The notes below the pieces were generated by a model. That model saw nothing but the letters and a program-made list of their open reading frames with translations, did not search any database and was not told the DNA's origin. 32,000 nucleotides of DNA from Pseudomonas aeruginosa (GTDB lineage: Bacteria; Pseudomonadota; Gammaproteobacteria; Pseudomonadales; Pseudomonadaceae): positions 1,680,001 through 1,712,000 of the forward strand of contig NZ_LN831024.1 in the NCBI RefSeq assembly GCF_001457615.1. The letters run 5' to 3'. This document shows, one piece after another, positions 20,975-29,633 of this stretch; within the stretch, counting starts at the first letter, position 1; each line of letters begins with the position of its first letter. The position numbers and the translations under genes are program-made.

Positions 20975-21786
20975 ACGCGGTCTGCGAATCCATCGATGCG
21001 AACCTCGACGCGCGCGATCGGCCGCTGCTCTTGGTGCGTGGCCTGACCCGCCTGTACGGGCCGGAAAAGGGCTGCCAGGAGGTCGACTTCGATCTCTACC
21101 CCGGCGAGGTGCTGGGCATCGTCGGTGAGTCCGGCTCGGGCAAGTCGACCCTGCTCTCGTTGCTCTCCGGGCGCTGTCCGCCGGACGCCGGCACGGTCGC
21201 CTACCGCGACGACGGCGACCGCTGGCTGGACCTCTACGCCGCCAGCGAAGCCGAGCGGCGCACCCTGCTGCGCACCGAGTGGGGCTTCGTCGAGCAGAAC
21301 CCGCGCGACGGCCTGCGCATGGGCGTGTCCGCCGGCGCCAACATCGGCGAACGGCTGATGGCCCAGGGCGTGCGCCACTACGGTCGGCTGCGCCAGGCCG
21401 GGTTGGACTGGCTGGAACAGGTGGAGATCGATCCGCTGCGCATCGACGACCTGCCGCGAACCTTTTCCGGCGGCATGCAGCAGCGCCTGCAGATCGCCCG
21501 CAACCTGGTCTCGGCGCCACGCCTGGTGTTCATGGACGAACCCACCGGCGGCCTCGACGTGTCGGTGCAGGCGCGCCTGCTCGACCTGCTGCGCGGCCTG
21601 GTGCGCGAGCTGGACCTGGCGGTGGTGATCGTCACCCACGACCTGGCGGTGGCGCGCCTGCTCGCCGACCGCCTGATGGTCATGCGCCGTTCGCGGGTGG
21701 TGGAAGCCGGTCTCACCGACCAGATTCTCGACGACCCGCAGCATCCGTACACGCAATTGCTGGTGTCGTCGGTCCTGCAACCCTGA
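20971..21786 (+). CDS. phnK: PhnK, C-P lyase ATP-binding protein
   Basis: [54 protein letters not shown]. Confidence 0.95.
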   Translation: MNAVCESIDANLDARDRPLLLVRGLTRLYGPEKGCQEVDFDLYPGEVLGIVGESGSGKSTLLSLLSGRCPPDAGTVAYRDDGDRWLDLYAASEAERRTLLRTEWGFVEQNPRDGLRMGVSAGANIGERLMAQGVRHYGRLRQAGLDWLEQVEIDPLRIDDLPRTFSGGMQQRLQIARNLVSAPRLVFMDEPTGGLDVSVQARLLDLLRGLVRELDLAVVIVTHDLAVARLLADRLMVMRRSRVVEAGLTDQILDDPQHPYTQLLVSSVLQP

Positions 21787-21835
21787 GCCGAAGCGTCGGC
21801 GCCGGTCCGCGCGACGGGCGCCCGGAGAAGTAGCG

Positions 21836-22552
21836 ATGAACAACCTGATCGAGGTCCGCGACCTCAGCAAGACCTTCACCCTGCACCAGCAACAGGGCGT
21901 AGTGCTCAATGTGCTGCGCGGGCTCAACTTCAATGTCGCCGGCGGCGAATGCCTGGTGCTCCACGGACGCTCCGGCGCCGGCAAGAGCACCCTGCTGCGC
22001 ACGCTCTACGGCAACTACCTGCCGGCCGGCGGCAGCATCCGCCTGCGCCACGCCGGCGACTGGCTGGAACTGGTCGGCGCCGAGCCTCGCGAGGTGCTCG
22101 CCGTGCGCCGCCAGACCCTCGGCTACGTCAGCCAGTTCCTGCGGGTGATCCCGCGGGTGGCGACCCTCGACGTGGTCATGGAGCCGGCCCTGGCCCGTGG
22201 CTGGAGCCGCGACAGCGCCGAACTGCGGGCGCGCAGCCTGCTGGCCCGGCTGAACATCCCGGAACGCCTCTGGCAACTGGCGCCGGGCACCTTTTCCGGC
22301 GGCGAGCAGCAACGCGTCAACATTGCCCGCGGCTTCATGGTCGAGTGGCCGATCCTGCTGCTCGACGAGCCGACCGCGTCCCTCGACGAAGCCAACCGCC
22401 AGGTAGTGCTGGAACTGATCGGCGAAGCCAAGGGCGCCGGCGCCGCGTTGATCGGCATCTTCCACGACCGCGCCGCCCGCGAGGCGGTGGCCAGCCGCTA
22501 CCTGGACATGAGCCAGGAGCTTTCCCGCCAGGAGCAAGCCCATGTCGTCTGA
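21836..22552 (+). CDS. phnL: PhnL, C-P lyase ATP-binding protein
   Basis: [46 protein letters not shown]. Confidence 0.95.
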   Translation: MNNLIEVRDLSKTFTLHQQQGVVLNVLRGLNFNVAGGECLVLHGRSGAGKSTLLRTLYGNYLPAGGSIRLRHAGDWLELVGAEPREVLAVRRQTLGYVSQFLRVIPRVATLDVVMEPALARGWSRDSAELRARSLLARLNIPERLWQLAPGTFSGGEQQRVNIARGFMVEWPILLLDEPTASLDEANRQVVLELIGEAKGAGAALIGIFHDRAAREAVASRYLDMSQELSRQEQAHVV

Positions 22553-23705
22553 ACGCGTTCTCAGCAATGCCCGGGTAGTCAGCGCCGAGCGGGTCTTCGT
22601 CGGCAGCGTGCTGCTGCGCGACGGCCTGATCGCCGCGGTCGACGAAGGCCGCAGCCACCTGGCCGGGGCCGAGGACCTGGGGGGCGACTACCTGCTGCCC
22701 GGCCTGGTCGAGCTGCACACCGACAACCTGGAGAAGCACATGACCCCGCGTCCCGGCGTCGACTGGCCGTCGGCCTCGGCGGTGCTGGCGCACGACGCGC
22801 AGATCGTCGCCGCGGGAATCACCACGGTGTTCGACGCGCTGTCCATCGGCGACGTCAACCCCAAGGGCAAGCGCATGCAGCAGTTGCCGAAGATGCTCGA
22901 GGCCATCGGCGAGGCCGCCGCCAGCGGCGACGCGCGCGCCGACCATCGCCTGCACCTGCGTTGCGAGGTCAGCCATCCGCAGACGCTGGAGGTGTTCCGC
23001 GAACTGGCCGAGCATCCGCTGGTGCAACTGGTCTCGGTGATGGACCACGCCCCCGGCCAGCGCCAGTTCGCCAGGCTGGAGAAGTACCGCGAGTACTACC
23101 AGGGCAAGTACCACCTGAGCGATGCCGAGATGGACGCCTTCATCGTCGAGCAGGTAGCCAACTCCGAGCGCTACAGCGACGCCGCCCGTGCGGCCATCGT
23201 CGATGTCTGCCAGGGACGCGGCCTGTCGGTGGCCAGCCATGACGACGCGACCCTCGCGCATGTCCGCGAGTCGGCCGGCTACGGCATGGCCATCGCCGAG
23301 TTCCCGACCACCGTGGAGGCCGCCAGGGCCAGCCACGAGCACGGCCTGCAGGTGCTGATGGGCGCGCCCAACGTGGTCCGCGGCGGTTCCCACTCGGGCA
23401 ACGTGGCGGCGGCGCAACTGGCGGGAATCGGCGTGCTGGATATCCTTTCCAGCGACTACTATCCGGCCAGCCTGCTGCATGCGGCCTTGCTGCTCGCCGG
23501 CGAGCACAGCGAGTATGATGCGATCCGCTACGACCTGCCGCGCGCGGTGGCGATGGTCAGCCGTACCCCGGCGCTGGCCGCCGGGCTGACCGATCGTGGC
23601 GAAATCCGCGTCGGCCTGCGCGCCGATCTGCTGCAGGCGCGGGCGCTCGGCAATAACCAGCCGGTGGTGCGTCAGGTCTGGCGCGGCGGGCAGAGAGTGT
23701 TCTGA
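22542..23705 (+). CDS. phnM: PhnM, alpha-D-ribose 1-methylphosphonate 5-triphosphate diphosphatase
   Basis: [24 protein letters not shown]; [15 protein letters not shown]; [13 protein letters not shown] amidohydrolase motifs. Confidence 0.95.
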   Translation: MSSERVLSNARVVSAERVFVGSVLLRDGLIAAVDEGRSHLAGAEDLGGDYLLPGLVELHTDNLEKHMTPRPGVDWPSASAVLAHDAQIVAAGITTVFDALSIGDVNPKGKRMQQLPKMLEAIGEAAASGDARADHRLHLRCEVSHPQTLEVFRELAEHPLVQLVSVMDHAPGQRQFARLEKYREYYQGKYHLSDAEMDAFIVEQVANSERYSDAARAAIVDVCQGRGLSVASHDDATLAHVRESAGYGMAIAEFPTTVEAARASHEHGLQVLMGAPNVVRGGSHSGNVAAAQLAGIGVLDILSSDYYPASLLHAALLLAGEHSEYDAIRYDLPRAVAMVSRTPALAAGLTDRGEIRVGLRADLLQARALGNNQPVVRQVWRGGQRVF

Positions 23706-24262
23706 TGACAGGCAGACTGATTTATCTGATGGGGCCTTCCGGCTCGGGCAAGGACAGCCTGTTGCAGGCCGCGCGCGAGCCCCTGGCGCTGCGCGGCTGC
23801 CGTATCGTGCGGCGGGTGATCACGCGCTCCGCGGAAGCGGTGGGGGAGGACGCCCAGGCGGTGACCCCGGCGCAGTTCGACACCCTCGAGCGGGCCTCGG
23901 CGTTTGCCATGAGCTGGCGCGCCAACGGCCTTTGCTATGGCATTCCGGTGCAGATCGACGAGTGGCTGGCGCAGGGCTACGACGTGCTGGTGAACGGCTC
24001 GCGCGGCTACCTGGCGCAGGCCCGCCGGCGCTATCCGGATCTGCTCGCGGTCCTGCTCGGGGTGAAAACCGAGGTGCTGCGCCAGCGCCTGCTGGCGCGC
24101 GGCCGGGAAAGCCCCGAGGAAATCGAGGCGCGCCTGGCGCGCAACGCCGAGTTCGCCGCCGGCCTGGAGGGCCCGCTGTTCCAACTGGACAACTCCGGTG
24201 ACCTCGACGACACGCTACGCAGCCTCCTGGCCCGTCTCGGCAGCGACCGCGCATGCGCCTGA
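23705..24262 (+). CDS. phnN: PhnN, ribose 1,5-bisphosphokinase
   Basis: LIYLMGPSGSGKDSLLQAARE; VITRSAEAVGEDAQAVTPAQF. Confidence 0.94.
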   Translation: MTGRLIYLMGPSGSGKDSLLQAAREPLALRGCRIVRRVITRSAEAVGEDAQAVTPAQFDTLERASAFAMSWRANGLCYGIPVQIDEWLAQGYDVLVNGSRGYLAQARRRYPDLLAVLLGVKTEVLRQRLLARGRESPEEIEARLARNAEFAAGLEGPLFQLDNSGDLDDTLRSLLARLGSDRACA

Positions 24263-25023
24263 CCCTGCTCGGCACCGGCGACGCCCGCCAGGTGCCGGTC
24301 TACGGTTGCGATTGCCCGGCCTGTCGCAACGCCCGCGCCGACGCCGGCCTGCGTCGCCGTCCCTGTAGCGCGCTGCTGGAGTGCGCCGGCCAGCGCTGGC
24401 TGATCGACAGCGGCCTGGTCGATCTCTGCGAGCGCTTCCCGCCCCATAGCCTCGACGGCATCCTCCAGACCCATTACCACGCCGACCACGCCCAAGGCCT
24501 GCTGCACCTGCGCTGGGGCCAGGGCCTGGTGATCCCGGTGCACGGCCCGGCCGACCCGGAGGGCCTCGCCGACCTCTACAAGCATCCGGGCATCCTCGAT
24601 TTCAGCCAGCCCTTCGGCGCCTTCGAGCGGCGCCAGTGGGGCGCGCTGGCGGCGACCGCGCTACCGCTGGTCCACTCGAAGCCGACCTTCGGCTACTTGC
24701 TGGAGGGGGCTTCCGAGGAAGGAACGATACGGCGTCTGGCCTACCTCACCGATACCGTCGGGCTGCCGGCGGACAGCGCCTCGCGATTGCTCGCGGCTCC
24801 GCTGGACCTGCTGGTGCTGGACTGCTCGATGCCGCCGCAGGAGCGGCCGCCGCGCAACCACAACGACCTGACGCGGGCACTGGAGTGCATCGAATCGCTG
24901 CGTCCCCGGCGGGCCGTGTTGACTCACGTCGGGCATGCGCTGGACGCCTGGCTGCTGGACCACCCCGCTGCGTTGCCCGAGGGGGTGGAACTGGCACACG
25001 ACGGCATGTGCCTGCCGCTGTGA
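24253..25023 (+). CDS. phnP: PhnP, cyclic phosphodiesterase (metallo-beta-lactamase fold)
   Basis: MRLTLLGTGDARQVPVYGCDCPAC; ILQTHYHADHAQGLLHLRWG; TDTVGLPADS; LTHVGHALDAW. Confidence 0.94.
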   Translation: MRLTLLGTGDARQVPVYGCDCPACRNARADAGLRRRPCSALLECAGQRWLIDSGLVDLCERFPPHSLDGILQTHYHADHAQGLLHLRWGQGLVIPVHGPADPEGLADLYKHPGILDFSQPFGAFERRQWGALAATALPLVHSKPTFGYLLEGASEEGTIRRLAYLTDTVGLPADSASRLLAAPLDLLVLDCSMPPQERPPRNHNDLTRALECIESLRPRRAVLTHVGHALDAWLLDHPAALPEGVELAHDGMCLPL

Positions 25024-25061
25024 GCGACGCTGTAGCGCCCGGCAAGGCGTTGTGGGCGAAA

Positions 25062-25247
25062 TCAGTCCAGGCTGGGATCGAAGCGGATTCGCCGACCTAC
25101 CACCAGCGCAAACAGCAGCCAGGCGCCGGATATACCCAGCAGTCCCCAGGCGCACCAGGCGAGGAGGGTGGCGTCGGGCGGCAGGCTCAGCGCCAGGATC
25201 GCGCTGGCGATCACCACGAACAGAAGAATGACGGCGGATCGTGACAT
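25062..25247 (-). CDS. Small membrane protein, hypothetical
   Basis: 61 aa with two hydrophobic segments (AVILLFVVIASAILALSL; LGISGAWLLFALVVGRRIRF). Confidence 0.7.
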   Translation of the reverse strand: MSRSAVILLFVVIASAILALSLPPDATLLAWCAWGLLGISGAWLLFALVVGRRIRFDPSLD

Positions 25248-25298
25248 GGTTTCACTCCCGGAGCCCTCTCCGTCGGGCTCGCTGTTCCTTGTGCCGGC

Positions 25299-25445
25299 TC
25301 AGTGGCGCCGAGGTTCCGTGGCGCCCTTGTCGCTCAGCGGAAGCCTCGCTGGATATTCTTCTCCTCCGCGCTCTATCAGCCAGAGCAGCCCGTAGACGCC
25401 GACCGAAAGGGCCAGGGCGGTCAGCGGCAAAGCCAGGATCCACAT
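25299..25445 (-). CDS. 48-aa membrane microprotein, absent from the supplied ORF track
   Basis: Manual translation: MWILALPLTALALSVGVYGLLWLIERGGEEYPARLPLSDKGATEPRRH*; upstream GGGAGAAAGAAC is a good RBS; same strand as its small neighbours. Confidence 0.7.
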   Translation of the reverse strand: MWILALPLTALALSVGVYGLLWLIERGGEEYPARLPLSDKGATEPRRH

Positions 25446-25533
25446 GTTCTTTCTCCCTTCCGCCCGCCAGCATCCCGGGGACCTGTGCGGCGGTGTAGCG
25501 TCGTTGGATGCCGGTCTCCCGGCGCTTGCTTCG

Positions 25534-25812
25534 TCAGAATGTCCAGGCCTGTTCGTCGGCCGCGGTCACCAGCGCCGTGCCGCGCTCGTCCTCGCCTACG
25601 GTGACGATGCGCGGGGATTCTTCGGGCGCCTGGATCACCAGTCGCTGCGCAGCGGGTGCCCACTGCGGTGTTGCGTTGCTGTCCAGCACTACCGGCTTTT
25701 CGCCGTTGCGTTCCTGCGTCCTGTCCTCGTCGCCCAGTGCGCTGTTCTGGAAGACTACGAGAGCCAGCAGGGAAAGAAGTCCGGTGCCGACCAGGTTGCG
25801 TGAGCTGCTCAT
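25534..25812 (-). CDS. Hypothetical exported small protein
   Basis: MSSSRNLVGTGLLSLLALVVFQNSALGDED leader, then a soluble tail VVLDSNATPQWAPAAQRLVIQAPEESPRIVTVGEDERGTALVTAADEQAWTF. Confidence 0.75.
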   Translation of the reverse strand: MSSSRNLVGTGLLSLLALVVFQNSALGDEDRTQERNGEKPVVLDSNATPQWAPAAQRLVIQAPEESPRIVTVGEDERGTALVTAADEQAWTF

Positions 25813-26004
25813 GTTCACCTCCATTTCGTAGCTTTGCCAGGCAGATGGCCAAGGTTTGATCCTGAGGGTCTTGTAGCAGCGGTTGTGCCAACTTTTTTCT
25901 ATAAAAAATCCTTTTAAATCAATGAATTATATATGTGTCCGAGACTCTCTCGCATGCACTTTGCACGGATGGGCATTTTGCCGGTTGCAAAATGCATGAT
26001 GCTG

Positions 26005-26523
26005 TCAGCCCAGATGCAGCGCCAGGCTTACGCCGTGGCTGGTGAACCCTAGCGCGGCATAGAAGCGCTGCGCGGTTTCCCGGTCCTGGTGGCTGGAAAG
26101 CGCCAGTTTGTAGCAGCCCCAACTGCGCGCGCGCTCCACGGCCCGGCCGATCAGCTCGCGGCCTACGCCCTGGCCGCGGGCGTGGCGGTCGACCACCATG
26201 TCTTCGAGAATCGCCGAGCGGGCGAAATCGTGCGCCAGGTGTTCGATCAGATGCAGGGTGCAGGTGCCGAGCAGGCGCTCGCCGCGCTCGGCCACCAGGG
26301 TGACCCGGTCGCCGCGCGGTCGTTGCAGCTGGATGGCCAGCAACGCCGGGTCCGGGCGCGGATCGGCGCTACCGAGTTGCTGTAGCAGCAACGACAGGCG
26401 CGGCGCGTCGTGCTCGCTGGCGATCCGCACATCGAAGCTGGCGAAGGGGGAGTCCGGTATCCGCGGCTGGCGCGGGGCGTCCGGCAGGTCCTGTGCGGCG
26501 GGAATGGCGACGGTCTGGTTCAT
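26005..26523 (-). CDS. GNAT-family N-acetyltransferase
   Basis: LEDMVVDRHARGQGVGRELIGRAVERARSWGCYKLALSSHQDRETAQRFYAALGFTSHGVSLAL (motifs A/B). Start re-assigned to ATG at 26523. Confidence 0.88.
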   Translation of the reverse strand: MNQTVAIPAAQDLPDAPRQPRIPDSPFASFDVRIASEHDAPRLSLLLQQLGSADPRPDPALLAIQLQRPRGDRVTLVAERGERLLGTCTLHLIEHLAHDFARSAILEDMVVDRHARGQGVGRELIGRAVERARSWGCYKLALSSHQDRETAQRFYAALGFTSHGVSLALHLG

Positions 26524-26642
26524 GCTGCACCTCCAGGGTTGCGGAAAATTATGCGCAGCCTTGGTGGCAGTGGCATGACAAACGCTTTCTCTGCCGTTAA
26601 CATGCCGCCCGGACGCGGCGCACCGCTCGCCATGTCCGGCGT

Positions 26643-26719
26643 GTCCCGGTAGCTCAATTGGATAGAGCATCCCCCTCCTAAGGGGAAGGTTGGAGGTTCG
26701 ACCCCTCTCCGGGACGCCA
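26643..26719 (+). tRNA. tRNA-Arg(CCT)
   Basis: 77 nt: GTCCCGG acceptor pairs with CCGGGAC; anticodon stem TCCCC/GGGGA with loop CTCCTAA (anticodon CCT); T-arm GGAGGTTCGACCCCTCT; encoded CCA. Confidence 0.97.
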
Positions 26720-26800
26720 AATATATCGGGCACTTACCGCAAATCGCTTCTCCTGGGCCAGTTCTTTGTCGGGGCATGGTGGGTGCAGTAAGCCTAAAAG

Positions 26801-26834
26801 AAAGCCCCGTCCTGAATCGCTCAGACGGGGCTTT
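26801..26834. terminator. Rho-independent terminator downstream of tRNA-Arg
   Basis: AAAGCCCCGTC-N12-GACGGGGCTTT followed by T; 11-bp perfect stem. Confidence 0.75.
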
Positions 26835-27144
26835 TCCATGCCAGCTCAAATGTCTGTCGTCAGCGCCAGCAGGACAACCGGGTGGCCTGCGCCGCTCCCG
26901 GTAAGCTCGATCCTCGCTTTCCCTTCTCATCGCGACCTTCGCGCGCATCTTAATCCTCCGAATACCCTACCAAGCGCATCGCTGGATGCAGCTTCGAGAT
27001 CTTTCACCTTCATCGAGAGCACGTCCTCATTGTGGTTTTCCGGGCAGTTCTAGCCTAGTGCCATTACGTCGAGGTTTGGGCTCGATGTGATGGTGTGCCT
27101 GAGGGCGGTGCCGGCAGATCGCATCCAGGCGGATGAGGTGCTGG

Positions 27145-27290
27145 AGATAGGCGGAATTTTCCGCCGATCAGGAGGGACCAGAAACTTTCCGGACTCTGGC
27201 CGTAGGGGGAGTGCGGAATCATTGCAGATCCTGGCCAAGCCATGCCGGAAAATCTTCCGGTACATGGCGGGAAAGTCTCCGGCACATGCG
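27145..27290. repeat. Cluster of short related palindromic/direct repeats
   Basis: GGCGGAATTTTCCGCC (27150-27165); GAAACTTTCCGGACTCTGG (27181-27199); CATGCCGGAAAATCTTCCGGTACATG (27241-27266) and CATGGCGGGAAAGTCTCCGGCACATG (27263-27288), the last two 20/26 identical and sharing CATG. Confidence 0.55.
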
Positions 27291-28077
27291 ACGGGCACGC
27301 TTTTGTACCCGTATCGGGAGGGATCCCTCGGCGGTGGGTCCGACAAGGTAGGTTTTTCTCACTTTCCCCCATTAGTAGTGGTCGTGATCTGCGGTGCCTG
27401 ACTGTCTCCTCAAAATTGTGGGCACGGTCGCGCGACCCTCTCCTGAAAATTCAGGAATTTCGTCCCCAGCTCAAAAGAACGTTTTGCGTCCTTTAGCCAG
27501 TGCGAGATACCGGGAGTTTTCCTGCATTGCAGGAGATCCGAACTGGCGATTTTCCGGTTTGGCCGGGGTGTCGTTTCATCGTCCTTGGGCATAGCGGGAC
27601 GGTATCCTCATTGGCCGTCCTCCATTGGAGTTTTTGCCCCCGACGGTGGCCGCAAGGCAGGCCGACTGCTCCACCTCGTCCGAGGTCGGTAGATTCCTGG
27701 CTTAATCACCTTGGCCGCGCGCTTGCTCCCGTCTGGATCACGGACAGAAATTTGCGTAAACGCCGTCGGTTCTTAAGACTGGCTCACGGAATACAGTGAA
27801 CATCTATACGAAACTCGACTGCCGGATATGATCGGCACTGGATTTGGGGCGAATAGTAAGCCGGGTAGATGATCGAGGGGGCTTCATTGGCGAACAGGGA
27901 TGTGGCAGGAAATGGAGGTTCTTTGTAGGTGCTCATCAAATTCCGCTCGACTTTCTAACAGCGAGACGCGAGAGAGTGGGCTGGGCGCGCTAAGCACGTC
28001 CACGAATCACTCTGCACCATGTTTGTCCGGTTTCGCAGTTGCGGGCCGGGCTTTTTATTGTCCCGGAGAAAGGATAG

Positions 28078-29619
28078 ATGAGAATTAAGACACGTATATC
28101 AGCCCTGAGGATGTCGCTTTTTATGGTGTGCTTATTGCCTTCGCTATTTTTTGCTCGGGACGTTAATGCAAAACAGTTTTATTGGGTTTTGGCATTTCCT
28201 TCTGCCGTTTCTGGGGGGAGCTACAGCTCACCGTCGTCGGCGTGCGCTGTTGTGTTCGACTATTTCAAGTCGAGAACTAACTGGATCGAATCCGTGGAGC
28301 CTGTGCGAAGAAATGACAGGACTTTTGATTGCTTTGCGCGCGGCACGGATCCTTCTGGAAGTGCGCACTCTGGAAATGTTGGAGCTATCTCTAGATTTGG
28401 CGATTCGTGTCCTTTAGGTGCTGAATATAATGCGGAAACAGGCAGTTGTGATTGTCGGTCAGGGTATGAAATGGATGACTCTGGCTGTAAGCTTCCAGAT
28501 AAAAACGGCCCCGAAAAGGGACCGCCTCCACCAGAGGGCTGCGCAGGAAATCCGGTCAATATCACCAATGGCAACAAATACCAAGTTGAACACGACTTAA
28601 GTATTCCGATCCCGTTGAACCGGTACTACAACGGCCTGGACGGCTTGTGGCGTCATTCGTATTCTGCGCGTATAACCCGCAAGGGTGATGGCTTCCTACT
28701 CTACCGCGAAAACGGAAAAGCCTCGGAGTTCACGGGGTCGGGAAACGATCTAACCTCCATCACAGACCTGGGTAGACTCAGCCGGTTATCAGGGGGATTT
28801 ATATATGCCTCCGAACTCAACGAAGTGATGGAGTTCGACCAGAATGGAATACTCACTAAACTCACCACCAAGGAAGGTCGCAAATATCGTGTAGAGCGAG
28901 GCGCTAATCTTACGATTGGCGACGAGCATGGCAACAAGCTCGTTCTCTCGGAGGGAGCCAACCATCAACTCCTTCGCGCTCAGACAGGGGGTATATCCAT
29001 TGAGTACACATACGACAAGGAACAGCGACTCACATCGGTAACACGGACAGATGGGCAATACAGCACGAAAACACAGTACCTCTATGACGACCCGAGGAAC
29101 ATAAAACTACTTACAGGCATCCAGGATAACAATAATCGCCGCTTCGCCACCTGGGCCTACGACAACCAAGGCCGCGCCATCTCCAGCGAACACGCCAACG
29201 GCGCCGAAAAGGTCTCCCTCGCCTACAACGATGACGGCTCCACCACCGTCACCAACGAATACGGCAAGCAGGCCACCTACCGCTTCCAGGTGATCCAGGG
29301 CATCAAACGCATCGTCGCCATCGAAGGCGAACCCTCTCCCAACTGCCCCAGCAGCAATTCCACCTTCACCTACGATGACCAGGGCCTGCTCACCAGCAAA
29401 CGCGACAACAACGGCAACCTGACCACCTACCAGTACAACGCCCGTGGCCTGGAGACCTCGCGCACCGAGGCCGCCGGCACCCCGCAGGCGCGCACCATCA
29501 CAACCGACTGGCACCCGACCCTGTTCCTCCCGGTGCAGGTCAGCGAGCCCGGCCGGATCACCCGCTACCAGTACGACGCCGAGGGACGCAAGACCGGCGA
29601 GACCGTCACCACCCGCTGA
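28078..29619 (+). CDS. Secreted Rhs/YD-repeat protein, N-terminal half (signal peptide, Cys-rich region, DUF6531-like, YD repeats)
   Basis: Signal peptide ISALRMSLFMVCLLPSLFFARDVNA; CPLGAEYNAETGSCDCRSGYEMDDSGC; GNPVNITNGNKYQVEHDLSIPIPLNRYYNG (DUF6531-like); repeats such as YDEQRLTSV-type units, YNDDGSTTVTNEYGKQATYRF, YDDQGLLTSKRDNNGNLTTYQYNARG; ends ITRYQYDAEGRKTGETVTTR*. RBS GGAGAAAGG. Confidence 0.88.
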   Translation: MRIKTRISALRMSLFMVCLLPSLFFARDVNAKQFYWVLAFPSAVSGGSYSSPSSACAVVFDYFKSRTNWIESVEPVRRNDRTFDCFARGTDPSGSAHSGNVGAISRFGDSCPLGAEYNAETGSCDCRSGYEMDDSGCKLPDKNGPEKGPPPPEGCAGNPVNITNGNKYQVEHDLSIPIPLNRYYNGLDGLWRHSYSARITRKGDGFLLYRENGKASEFTGSGNDLTSITDLGRLSRLSGGFIYASELNEVMEFDQNGILTKLTTKEGRKYRVERGANLTIGDEHGNKLVLSEGANHQLLRAQTGGISIEYTYDKEQRLTSVTRTDGQYSTKTQYLYDDPRNIKLLTGIQDNNNRRFATWAYDNQGRAISSEHANGAEKVSLAYNDDGSTTVTNEYGKQATYRFQVIQGIKRIVAIEGEPSPNCPSSNSTFTYDDQGLLTSKRDNNGNLTTYQYNARGLETSRTEAAGTPQARTITTDWHPTLFLPVQVSEPGRITRYQYDAEGRKTGETVTTR

Positions 29620-29633
29620 CAAGGACGACACCC

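Noticed and set aside
19994-21520. 508-aa minus-strand ORF opposite phnJ/phnK
   Set aside because: Antisense shadow, low-complexity Arg/Ala/Gly composition.
22335-23507. 390-aa minus-strand ORF opposite phnM
   Set aside because: Shadow ORF in high-GC coding DNA; PhnM on the plus strand is unambiguous.
27087-27401. 104-aa ORF MMVCLRAVPADRIQADEVLEIGGIFRR... as a possible transposase remnant
   Set aside because: No recognisable transposase motif in any frame; the repeats in this stretch constrain it more plausibly as DNA sites. Not supported as a CDS.
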